DNA of 20,000 nt from an uncultured virus (IMG/VR IMGVR_UViG_3300022752_000051). Its lineage: Duplodnaviria > Heunggongvirae > Uroviricota > Caudoviricetes. The position numbers and the translations under genes were made by a program. Position 1 is the first letter of the stretch, and each line of letters starts with the position of its first letter. Of the stretch, positions 9,336 through 17,041 are shown in pieces. Under the pieces are notes generated by a model. That model made no database searches and was not told the origin of the DNA. It saw only the letters and a program-made list of their open reading frames with translations. Location: IMG/VR virus record IMGVR_UViG_3300022752_000051. One strand, given 5' to 3'.

Positions 9336-9373
9336 CATTTCTTCGTTCGAAACTATTATTCTAGAAAAAAATT

Positions 9374-10003
9374 ATGAATTTAATCGAAAAACTCAATTGG
9401 AGGTACGCAACAAAAAGTATGAATGGTGATACGATACCTCAAGGAAAAATGGATCGTATATTGGAAGCAATTCGTTTGGCTCCAAGTTCATTTGGTCTCA
9501 CACCATATAAAGTAATCGTAGTTCAAAGACCTGAACTCAGAGAGGATTTAAAGATCGCTTGTTGGGGTCAACAACAAATTGTTGATGCTTCAGCGGTCTT
9601 AGTTTTTGCAGCCAAAACAAACATCGACGAAAATCTGGTTGATGAATTTATTGTTGAGGTTGCAAACTCTAGAGGTATGGATGTAGAATCACTTGATCAA
9701 TATAGGTATGCAGTTAATTTGAATGTTAATCAGATGACACAAGAACAAAGAGTTGAATGGGCAAAAAAACAAGCTTACATCGGTCTTGGTTTTGGATTGG
9801 TTGCCGCGGCTACTGAAAATGTAGACTCAACTCCTATGGAGGGTTTTATGGCTGACCATGTAGACTTGGTTTTAAATTTGAGTTCCGAAAATCTGACCTC
9901 AGCTTGTATATTAACCTTGGGTTATAGGGATGAAACCAAGGATTATTTGGCGAACGTTCCGAAATTTAGGTTCGAAAAAGAAAAATTCTTCAAGTTCATG
10001 TAA
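9374..10003 (+). CDS. Nitroreductase family NAD(P)H-dependent flavin oxidoreductase
   Basis: WRYATK, LAPSSFGLTPY, QQQIVDAS, WAKKQAYIGLG, DSTPMEGF and LGYR are NfsB-like motifs. Confidence 0.93.
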   Translation: MNLIEKLNWRYATKSMNGDTIPQGKMDRILEAIRLAPSSFGLTPYKVIVVQRPELREDLKIACWGQQQIVDASAVLVFAAKTNIDENLVDEFIVEVANSRGMDVESLDQYRYAVNLNVNQMTQEQRVEWAKKQAYIGLGFGLVAAATENVDSTPMEGFMADHVDLVLNLSSENLTSACILTLGYRDETKDYLANVPKFRFEKEKFFKFM

Positions 10004-10012
10004 TTTTTCTCA

Positions 10013-10038
10013 AAGGGACACCGATTTCGGTGTCCCTT
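10013..10038. terminator. Perfect GC-rich hairpin after the nitroreductase gene; probable terminator
   Basis: AAGGGACACCG-ATTT-CGGTGTCCCTT, an 11-bp stem 9 nt after the stop; the U-tail is weak. Confidence 0.6.
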
Positions 10039-10041
10039 CTG

Positions 10042-10049
10042 TATATTTG
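10042..10049 (+). promoter_or_regulatory. Bacteroidota-type -7 promoter element TATATTTG
   Basis: Matches TAnnTTTG; ATG follows 4 nt later at 10054. Confidence 0.65.
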
Positions 10050-10053
10050 CCAT

Positions 10054-10527
10054 ATGAATATATTTTGGCTCGATTGGGATCTCGAAAAGTGTGCTGAATA
10101 CCACTGCGACAAACATTGCACAAAGATGATTGTGGAATATGCACAGCTACTCTGTACAGCTCACCACGTACTCCAAGATGACCGATCGGATATACCTTAT
10201 AGGTTAGTCCATAAAAATCACCCTTGTGCTATCTGGGCTCGAGAATCTTTGTCCAATTATTTAGTTTTGTGTGAACTTGGTTTGGAACTTTGCAAAGAAT
10301 ATACACATCGATACAAAAAAACACACAAATCCAAACAAGTTCTGGAATGGTGCCTAGTGAATAAATTAAAAGTCCGAGACATAGGACTAACTAAACCACC
10401 ACTCGCGATGCCTGATGAATACAAGACAGATGATGTTATCCAATCGTATCGAAATTATTATATTGGCGCTAAAAAAGGTTTTACCAAGTGGAAAGAAAGA
10501 GAAATTCCCGGTTGGTTTGTAATTTGA
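10054..10527 (+). CDS. Pyrimidine dimer DNA glycosylase / endonuclease V-like protein
   Basis: MNIFWLD...AEYHCDKH..KM..EYAQLL.TAH, H.NHPC..W, EY..RY.K.H, AMPDEYK and YRNYY are characteristic of this phage-common family. The start is placed at ATG 10054. Confidence 0.8.
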   Translation: MNIFWLDWDLEKCAEYHCDKHCTKMIVEYAQLLCTAHHVLQDDRSDIPYRLVHKNHPCAIWARESLSNYLVLCELGLELCKEYTHRYKKTHKSKQVLEWCLVNKLKVRDIGLTKPPLAMPDEYKTDDVIQSYRNYYIGAKKGFTKWKEREIPGWFVI

Positions 10528-10540
10528 TTGTATTTAGAAT

Positions 10541-10894
10541 ATGGAAATTAGAACAACGAAATTTGAGGAGGTTGAAAGTGAGTTGTCTCATTTAAGACCA
10601 ACACTTTTGGATAGATCCGCAACATACCAAGGAGCTTATCTCAATGATGTTTTGGTGGGAGTTGTTTCATATGTTGAACATCCCAATCATATTTACTTGG
10701 GGCATGCTTTTGTAGTTCCAGAACATCAAGGTAAAGGTATCTACAAACTTTTGTGGGAATATAGGAACATGAAAATAAAAGATCTTGGTAAACCATTAAT
10801 TGCACATTGCAATGTATCTAGTCTAAAACATTTCATTAATAATGGGTTCACAATTGATAAAGCGTTGTTTATGGTAGTAAAACAATCAATATGA
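10541..10894 (+). CDS. GNAT family N-acetyltransferase
   Basis: Motif A FVVPEHQGKGIYKLL; C-terminal F..NGF. Confidence 0.85.
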   Translation: MEIRTTKFEEVESELSHLRPTLLDRSATYQGAYLNDVLVGVVSYVEHPNHIYLGHAFVVPEHQGKGIYKLLWEYRNMKIKDLGKPLIAHCNVSSLKHFINNGFTIDKALFMVVKQSI

Positions 10895-11580
10895 AAATAG
10901 AAGCTCTGTTCATTTCTGACATACACCTAGGATCTAAAGGTTGTAATGCTGAATTATTATTGAAAACACTCAAGAAATACGAACCTGAAAATTTATTCAT
11001 TGTTGGTGATTTTATTGATGGTTGGTTACTCAAAAAAAGATTTTACTTCCCACAATCCCAAATAAATGTAATCAGAAAAATACTTTCATATTCTAAAAAC
11101 GGAACCAAAGTTCATTACATCACTGGTAATCATGATGAGTTTCTTAGACAGTATACACCTGTTGACTTTGGGAATATAAGTATATTAGATGAAATGGTTT
11201 GGAACGATTATTATATCACTCACGGAGATTTATATGATGGTGTTGTTCAGTTGAAGTGGTTAGGAAAACTCGGTAGTTGGGGATATGAATTGGCGATTTG
11301 GATAGACAGATCATTAAAAAAATTGGGTTATAAAAATTCTTTAAGTCAATTTTTAAAATATAAAGTTAAAGAAGCTGTCAAGTTTATCACCAGATTTGAA
11401 AAACAACTAGAATATCAAGCTGAAAGAAGAGGATGTAAAGGAGTTATATGTGGACACATACACACACCATCATTAGAAATCTCAAGAGAATTTAATTACA
11501 TTAATTGTGGAGATTGGATTGAAAATAATTCTTACATAGTTTACAACAAGGGTATATTTCACTTGGAATACTCAAATTAA
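10891..11580 (+). CDS. Calcineurin-like metallophosphoesterase, UDP-2,3-diacylglucosamine hydrolase (LpxH/YbbF)-like
   Basis: SDIHLG, GDFIDGW, GNHDE, HGDLYD, CGHIH and NCGDWIE. Confidence 0.88.
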   Translation: MKIEALFISDIHLGSKGCNAELLLKTLKKYEPENLFIVGDFIDGWLLKKRFYFPQSQINVIRKILSYSKNGTKVHYITGNHDEFLRQYTPVDFGNISILDEMVWNDYYITHGDLYDGVVQLKWLGKLGSWGYELAIWIDRSLKKLGYKNSLSQFLKYKVKEAVKFITRFEKQLEYQAERRGCKGVICGHIHTPSLEISREFNYINCGDWIENNSYIVYNKGIFHLEYSN

Positions 11581-11601
11581 TTATTATTTTTTTCATAAAA
11601 A

Positions 11602-11633
11602 TTTGGGATTCACAATTCTTTTGATTATCTTTG
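11602..11633 (+). promoter_or_regulatory. Bacteroidota sigma-A-type promoter (-33/-7)
   Basis: TTTG at 11602-11605, 20-nt spacer, TATCTTTG at 11626-11633; ATG at 11641. Confidence 0.75.
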
Positions 11634-11640
11634 TACCACT

Positions 11641-12261
11641 ATGAAAAAAAGTAAATTTTATGTCAAGGATAACCGTCCATTTAGTGTAAAAGCTGAAGAC
11701 TTTGGACAATCTCTTCTATTTTGGAAAGGTAGAAAAAAAGGAATGATCTATACTAGGGATATAGAGTGGAGTGATCTTTGTTTCATATTCTTTCCCAAAA
11801 ACTTTGCCGAAAAGTATGGTTATTTGGGTTCTATACCTGATGACAAATACTACGACCAAGCTATGGTTCCATTGGTTTTAGTTATGGACTATGAAGCAAA
11901 ACCTTGGTGGTGCCCTCGTTGGTTTCTCAGGTTCCTTCATGTCTTCGGTAACGACAAGTCTATTGTAAGGGTTCGTAATTGGAAGTTACATAATTTACAT
12001 AAAAGATTGACCAAAGGAATTACATTCTACGATTATAAAACAAAGTGGAGTTGGTATGATTTGAGAATTTCAGTTGCAGCACCAAGATACATTCAAGATT
12101 TGGCGGACGCTATTGAAGATCGTTATTACAAAGTTGGTAAAAGGAAAGACACTCTCAAACAAATTCAGACATTAGAGCCTGATTTTGATAAAACACATAT
12201 GACTACAAAGGATCTTGATGATTATTTAAAAAATTTAACCAATGGACTACCAAATTCTTAA
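11641..12261 (+). CDS. Hypothetical phage protein (Trp/aromatic-rich)
   Basis: 206 aa ORF directly after a promoter and overlapping the RNA ligase start; no family recognised. Confidence 0.8.
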   Translation: MKKSKFYVKDNRPFSVKAEDFGQSLLFWKGRKKGMIYTRDIEWSDLCFIFFPKNFAEKYGYLGSIPDDKYYDQAMVPLVLVMDYEAKPWWCPRWFLRFLHVFGNDKSIVRVRNWKLHNLHKRLTKGITFYDYKTKWSWYDLRISVAAPRYIQDLADAIEDRYYKVGKRKDTLKQIQTLEPDFDKTHMTTKDLDDYLKNLTNGLPNS

Positions 12262-13267
12262 AAGATATGAACTGAATGGACTTGTTAGGTCACAAACACA
12301 TCCCATATTACCTCTTATAATTTGGAACTACACCGAGAAGGTTCAATACGAATCCCTTTGGGACGAGGTAACTCTGATGTGCCGAGGATTGGTCACATGG
12401 ACAGATACTGGTGAAATCTGTGCTAGGCCATTCCGTAAATTCTTCAATTTGGAGGAAGGTAAACATACACCAACTTCAAACTTCGAAGTCTTTGAAAAAA
12501 TAGACGGGTCTTTAATAATTGCATTTTTTGTTTGGGATCGTTGGTTCGTTGCATCCAGAGGTTCTTTCGTCTCCGATCAGGCGGTAGCAGGTCAAAAACT
12601 TTTAGATTCACTGGATACTTCTGGTCTTGACGACGAGTACACATACTTGTTCGAGTTAACCGCCCCCTGGAATCGTATAGTGGTTGACTATGGAAATGAG
12701 GATAAACTCACCCTTTTGGGGTCAATCAGAACACATGACGGACAGGAGATGGACTACGAAATTTTACATCAAAACTCCAAAGATCTTGGATGTGATATAA
12801 CTTCTAGATACGACGGAATTTTGGATTATTCCGAACTCAAAGGAAAAATTTCCGACAATGCGGAAGGGTTCGTAGTTCGTTTCTCAAACGGTAACCGGGT
12901 TAAAATAAAAGGTGAAGAATATTTAAGACTTCACCGAATAATGACTAACCTTTCTACTACCGCAATTTGGGAAGTTCTTTCTAATGGTGGTGATGTTCTA
13001 TCTACACTTACTGATGTTCCTGATGAATTTTACGATAAGATTCACCAATACTCAAATGAACTGATGGATAAATACATATCATTAGAAAATGAATATCATT
13101 TCATATTTAAGATTCTTGGTAGATCTGATGATTTTGAATTCCGAGCTAGCTTTGCTGAGCGTGCAAAGAGGTATAAATACCCAGCAATCTTATTCAAGAT
13201 GTATGATGATAAGGATTATTCGGGTTTGATTTGGAAAATAATTAAACCAGAATTTGAAAAATTGTAA
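12242..13267 (+). CDS. RNA ligase, T4 Rnl1/RnlA family
   Basis: NYT..VQY...WD......CRGLV, RPF.KFFN, motif I EKIDGSL, YLFE, motif IV EGFVV and motif V KIKGEEY. Confidence 0.92.
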   Translation: MDYQILKRYELNGLVRSQTHPILPLIIWNYTEKVQYESLWDEVTLMCRGLVTWTDTGEICARPFRKFFNLEEGKHTPTSNFEVFEKIDGSLIIAFFVWDRWFVASRGSFVSDQAVAGQKLLDSLDTSGLDDEYTYLFELTAPWNRIVVDYGNEDKLTLLGSIRTHDGQEMDYEILHQNSKDLGCDITSRYDGILDYSELKGKISDNAEGFVVRFSNGNRVKIKGEEYLRLHRIMTNLSTTAIWEVLSNGGDVLSTLTDVPDEFYDKIHQYSNELMDKYISLENEYHFIFKILGRSDDFEFRASFAERAKRYKYPAILFKMYDDKDYSGLIWKIIKPEFEKL

Positions 13268-13284
13268 TCTACCACTTATCTTTA
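13253..13284 (+). promoter_or_regulatory. Bacteroidota-type promoter (one mismatch)
   Basis: TTTG at 13253-13256, 20-nt spacer, TATCTTTA at 13277-13284; ATG at 13296. Confidence 0.6.
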
Positions 13285-13295
13285 CAAAAAAAAAT

Positions 13296-13415
13296 ATGGA
13301 ATACGCAATTTTGATGTGGATGGGATTCGCACTTTGGTTTTACGCAGGAGTTCGAGTTGGAATCACATATAGTTTGAAAAAAAAAATCAATGAAAAAGAG
13401 AATTTACTTAGATGA
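13296..13415 (+). CDS. Small single-pass membrane protein (39 aa)
   Basis: MEYAILMWMGFALWFYAGVRVGITYSLKKKINEKENLLR*, a hydrophobic helix with a basic tail, directly after a promoter and A-rich leader. Confidence 0.6.
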   Translation: MEYAILMWMGFALWFYAGVRVGITYSLKKKINEKENLLR

Positions 13416-13839
13416 TGTGAGAACACCCAAGGATGAAAATTGGGAGGTTGTCAGGAATTATGACCAATTTGTAGAAATTGTCACGAATACAGGTTTGGAA
13501 AATATCGAACTTATTTCTTTGGATCACGATTTGGGTGATACGGCTATGAATGAGTATTTTACTAATGTGAGTCCAAACTACAAATTGGATTATTCAAACA
13601 TCCTTGAAAAGACTGGAATGGATTGTGCTAAGTGGTTGGTCAATCACTATCTTGACAATTACATTACTCAAGAGAGTAGGTCAGAAAAAAAATCATCTGG
13701 TATCGTTTTTCCACTAGTTTATACTCATTCTGCCAATCCAATTGGATCCGCCAACATTATGGGTTACATTAACAATTTTTGGATGAACGAGGGTCAACCG
13801 CAATCTTGTGTTCGAGTGAATATTCCACACTTTGTTTGA
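13390..13839 (+). CDS. Cyclic-phosphate processing receiver (cREC) domain protein
   Basis: IYLDDVR.P..W.VVRNYD.F, ISLDHDLG, TG.DCAKWL and HSANP.G match this family, which is known from RNA-repair gene neighbourhoods. Confidence 0.85.
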   Translation: MKKRIYLDDVRTPKDENWEVVRNYDQFVEIVTNTGLENIELISLDHDLGDTAMNEYFTNVSPNYKLDYSNILEKTGMDCAKWLVNHYLDNYITQESRSEKKSSGIVFPLVYTHSANPIGSANIMGYINNFWMNEGQPQSCVRVNIPHFV

Positions 13840-13849
13840 GATTTATTTG

Positions 13850-13857
13850 TATATTTG
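13850..13857 (+). promoter_or_regulatory. Bacteroidota-type -7 element TATATTTG
   Basis: Matches TAnnTTTG 12 nt before ATG 13870; the -33 element is not at canonical spacing. Confidence 0.55.
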
Positions 13858-13869
13858 TAAAAAAAAACG

Positions 13870-14502
13870 ATGAAACTGACCCTCAACCCGAATCAAAAAC
13901 TTTGGTTTACTAGTGACACACACTTTAACCATGCGAATATATGTTCTGCAACCACCCAGTGGAAAGATCCTCAAACGGTACGAAATTTCGAGTCTTTGAG
14001 TAAGATGAATGACACACTGGTTAATAACATCAACGAGTTGGTTATGCCAGATGACATCTTGATCCATAACGGTGATTGGAGTTTCGGTGGTTTTGAATCA
14101 ATTGAAAACTTTAGAAAAAGGTTAATTTGTCAAAACATCCACCTAGTATTGGGTAATCATGATCATCATATTGCTCGTAATAAACAAGATTGTCAATCTT
14201 TGTTTGTTTCAGTCAGCAAATATATTGAGTTGAGTGTCTCACATTATGTTGGCAACACTCTAGTTACCAATGAGTTTGTATTATCACATTATCCTATTGC
14301 TAGTTGGAACAATTTGGCCAGAGGTACTATCCATTTACACGGTCACGTTCATTTACCACAAAACAAAAGAATCGGACCTGGTAAAATGATGGATATTGGT
14401 GTTGACGGAAACAATTTGTATCCTATATCGACCAGTGAAATCTTGAAGTTGATGAAAAATCAACCCATCAAGTCAATGATCGCATACGACCATCATGAGT
14501 AA
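13870..14502 (+). CDS. Calcineurin-like metallophosphoesterase
   Basis: FTSDTHFNH, GD, LGNHD, SHYP, HLHGHVH and DIGVD. Confidence 0.92.
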   Translation: MKLTLNPNQKLWFTSDTHFNHANICSATTQWKDPQTVRNFESLSKMNDTLVNNINELVMPDDILIHNGDWSFGGFESIENFRKRLICQNIHLVLGNHDHHIARNKQDCQSLFVSVSKYIELSVSHYVGNTLVTNEFVLSHYPIASWNNLARGTIHLHGHVHLPQNKRIGPGKMMDIGVDGNNLYPISTSEILKLMKNQPIKSMIAYDHHE

Positions 14503-14534
14503 AGATATCAGAAATACCTCTTAATAATAAATAA

Positions 14535-14969
14535 ATGGATAATTTAAAAAAAACAAATTTGAACCCCTCGAACAAGAATTTATTCTTGGTTAGAGGGGTT
14601 CCGTAATAACCTGGATCGGGTAAAAGTACCTTTGCGAAAACATTGGGTTGTCCAGTATTTGAGGCTGATCAATATTTCATTGATTCAGAAACTGGGGAAT
14701 ACAAATTTGACGCATCGAAAATAAAGTTAGCACATAATTGGTGCAAACTACGTGTTGAGCACTCTATGGAAGATGGAGTGGGTAAAATCGCTGTTTCAAA
14801 TACATTCACTCAAGAATGGGAAATGAAACCCTATCTGGATCTTGCACAAAAATTTGGGTATACGGTCTTTTCAATCATCGTCGAAAATCGGCACGTAGGA
14901 ACAAATATTCACGGTTGTCCTGAAGAAAAAGTTGAACAAATGCGTAATCGTTTCGAAATAAAACTCTGA
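14535..14969 (+). CDS. P-loop polynucleotide-kinase-like protein (AAA_33-like) interrupted by two in-frame TAA codons; recoded gene or pseudogene
   Basis: ATG 14535 reads MDNLKKTNLNPSNKNLFLVRGVP-*-*-PGSGKSTFAKTLGCPVFEADQYF...AHNWC...VSNTFTQEWEM.PY...ENRH...NIHG.P. Removing 9 nt restores RGVPGSGKST (141 aa). The track ORF from 14643 lacks the Walker A motif. Confidence 0.88.
14561..14601 (+). other. Strong mRNA stem-loop ending at the CCG codon preceding the tandem stops
   Basis: GAACCCCTC-G-AAC-AAGAA-TTTA-TTCTT-G-GTT-A-GAGGGGTTC: 9+3+5 bp with one mismatch and one bulge. Confidence 0.85.
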
Positions 14970-14972
14970 AAA

Positions 14973-15296
14973 ATGGAAAAGACAGTATTTTTTAATCTGA
15001 TTGAACAATTAGAAAAACATGACCATAAGATTCATGACTTATATCGTTTGGGTGTTGATTTAATCGATTTGAATGACCCATTGAATAGTGTGATTAAAGA
15101 TTTAATGGTCGAATGTTTTGGTATTGATGGTGAAGATATGATTTCTTGGTGGTGTTATGAAAAAGACTTTGGTAAAAGAGAGGATCTGACTTGTCAAGAC
15201 AAAGATGGCAATTTAATTTGTCAAGATTTGGACGGATTGTACGAATATATTCAAACTTTAAAAAATGAAAAAAATAGAAAAAACAGTTTGTGTTAA
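14973..15296 (+). CDS. Hypothetical acidic phage protein
   Basis: 107 aa ORF tightly packed in the operon; ISWWCYE.DFG and ..LYEYI pattern. Confidence 0.8.
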   Translation: MEKTVFFNLIEQLEKHDHKIHDLYRLGVDLIDLNDPLNSVIKDLMVECFGIDGEDMISWWCYEKDFGKREDLTCQDKDGNLICQDLDGLYEYIQTLKNEKNRKNSLC

Positions 15297-15525
15297 TTTT
15301 GAACATAAAAACGGAAAAGCAAGTTTCAATATCAAATTGGATCCGTCAGACACTTCGACTACTTTGTCTGATATAAGGATGATTTTGACAGGAGCTGTCG
15401 CCCTAACGATCAAATTGTCTGAAAATCAACCAGAAGCAATTAGAAAGGTGATTGATTTTCTTCAAGAAGATTTTGTGGATGGAAATTCGTTCGAGGATGG
15501 AAAATTATTGGTTCCAGAATTTTGA
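15265..15525 (+). CDS. Hypothetical protein
   Basis: 86 aa ORF with an A-rich start, filling the gap before the next promoter. Confidence 0.75.
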   Translation: MKKIEKTVCVNFEHKNGKASFNIKLDPSDTSTTLSDIRMILTGAVALTIKLSENQPEAIRKVIDFLQEDFVDGNSFEDGKLLVPEF

Positions 15526-15551
15526 AGTTTCAAATTAGTTCACTATATTTG
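15521..15551 (+). promoter_or_regulatory. Bacteroidota-type promoter (-33/-7)
   Basis: TTTG at 15521-15524, 19-nt spacer, TATATTTG at 15544-15551; ATG 4 nt later. Confidence 0.75.
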
Positions 15552-15555
15552 CTAT

Positions 15556-16287
15556 ATGAAAACTCTATTTTTGGGTGATACCCACGGACGTTCCGTTTGG
15601 AAAAAAATTGTCGAGAAAGAAAATCCTGACAGAGTTATTTTCATTGGTGATTACTTTGATAGTTTTGATGTTCCAGGTCTAGACCAAATACACAACTTCA
15701 AGGAAATAGTTGACTTCAAAAAGTCAAGTGATAAAGAGGTGGTCTTACTTGTTGGTAATCACGACCTTCACTACATGCACATCGGTGAAACATACTCAGG
15801 GTTTCAACCCCGGTTACAATTTGACATATCCGCAGTACTGTCTGAAAACCTAGAACAACTTCAAATGGCTTATTCGTTTGACAAATTTCTTTGTACACAT
15901 GCCGGGGTTAGTCATGTTTGGATGAATAATACATTTGGAATGTATGGTTGGGATTGTGAAAATCTTGTTGAGAAGTTGAATGATATGTTCAAATTCAAAC
16001 CAAGAGCTTTCTGTTTCTCTGGTTGGGATCCTTACGGCGATGATGTGACTCAATCTCCTGTTTGGATTCGTACAAAAGCACTGTTAGCGTCTAATAAAAG
16101 AAGAGTCAAAGAAAATTCCATAAAAAAGACTTTTGTTCAGATTGTGGGTCATACTGAAATCAGTTCAATCGATATGAAAGCGATGAACAAAAGTATGGGT
16201 GGTAAATACTATATGATCGACGCTTTACATGTCGGACAATATTTAATTTTTGATGGTAACCTTAAAGTCGGAACTTATGCTGAATGA
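15556..16287 (+). CDS. Calcineurin-like metallophosphoesterase
   Basis: GDTHG, GDYFD, GNHD, THAG, WIR and QIVGHT. Confidence 0.92.
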   Translation: MKTLFLGDTHGRSVWKKIVEKENPDRVIFIGDYFDSFDVPGLDQIHNFKEIVDFKKSSDKEVVLLVGNHDLHYMHIGETYSGFQPRLQFDISAVLSENLEQLQMAYSFDKFLCTHAGVSHVWMNNTFGMYGWDCENLVEKLNDMFKFKPRAFCFSGWDPYGDDVTQSPVWIRTKALLASNKRRVKENSIKKTFVQIVGHTEISSIDMKAMNKSMGGKYYMIDALHVGQYLIFDGNLKVGTYAE

Positions 16288-16555
16288 TAAAAAATTTGAT
16301 ACCGCCTATTTTGACTGTATGAGGGAGTTGTATTTACACGCAACTCCCTCGGCAGACTTTGATCAATTACTCAAAGATGCTCCATTGAATGAGGATGGAC
16401 AAAAAGTAATAGATTACAATAGTCACACTATACCAGAACCTGAATTCGAATTCATCGTCAAAGATGTAATGAAACGTCACAAAATTAAGAAACCACTTGA
16501 TGTCGTTCGTTTTAGAAATTCTGTTTTATTGGGTGCTAGTCCAAAATTTTCTTAG
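16277..16555 (+). CDS. Hypothetical phage protein
   Basis: Likely start ATG 16277 (MLNDKKFD...CMRELY..ATPSADFD.L...LLGASP). Confidence 0.75.
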   Translation: MLNDKKFDTAYFDCMRELYLHATPSADFDQLLKDAPLNEDGQKVIDYNSHTIPEPEFEFIVKDVMKRHKIKKPLDVVRFRNSVLLGASPKFS

Positions 16556-16561
16556 TTTTAA

Positions 16562-16593
16562 TTTGTAAAAAACAATTTTAATTCTTATCTTTG
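16562..16593 (+). promoter_or_regulatory. Bacteroidota-type promoter (-33/-7)
   Basis: TTTG at 16562-16565, 20-nt spacer, TATCTTTG at 16586-16593; ATG 4 nt later. Confidence 0.75.
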
Positions 16594-16597
16594 ACTT

Positions 16598-16951
16598 ATG
16601 AAAACTACACATCGTATAAATGTCATTCACGAGACACTTGGTAAACTTCTATCAGAGTCATTTGTGGACACCGAACAATTTAGAATTTTTCTTAAACTGG
16701 TTGATGCTTGTTTTGCCCATCAATCTCCACTTGAGTTTTACAATGGTGATACATTCTTTGTTCGAATTCCTTACAAGGTATTGGACGAATGTATCATCAC
16801 AACTCAAGAGGAAGTATTTGACCTCGGTGAGAACACTTTGACCGAGAGGATCAAATCCAAAATTGAAGCTCTCAAGACTGTTGCGGTCGATGGCCCTCCA
16901 ACCCAAGAGGAACTTGTCAGTGCTCGTCGTACCAGTCGGAGGAGGTCTTAA
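16598..16951 (+). CDS. Hypothetical protein
   Basis: 117 aa ORF directly behind a promoter. Confidence 0.8.
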   Translation: MKTTHRINVIHETLGKLLSESFVDTEQFRIFLKLVDACFAHQSPLEFYNGDTFFVRIPYKVLDECIITTQEEVFDLGENTLTERIKSKIEALKTVAVDGPPTQEELVSARRTSRRRS

Positions 16952-17041
16952 TCTTTAAAAAAAAATTGATTGTTATATTGAAAAAATTGTTTCCATGTCT
17001 ATACTTATGGAAAAAATAAACCTCATATAATAACAAAAAAA

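Noticed and set aside
14604..14609. Genome-wide stop-codon reassignment as the explanation for the internal stops
   Set aside because: TAA terminates many genes here, and TAG (8571, 16555, 19274) and TGA also act as stops. Read-through would also add three residues inside the Walker A loop.
14643..14969. Kinase starting at TTG 14643 as given in the ORF track
   Set aside because: It would lack the first strand and P-loop, which are encoded in frame upstream.
17007..17033. Mini-ORF MEKINLI followed by TAA TAA as a second bypass site
   Set aside because: There are no matched flanking codons, no hairpin and no interrupted conserved motif; this is expected in AT-rich intergenic DNA.
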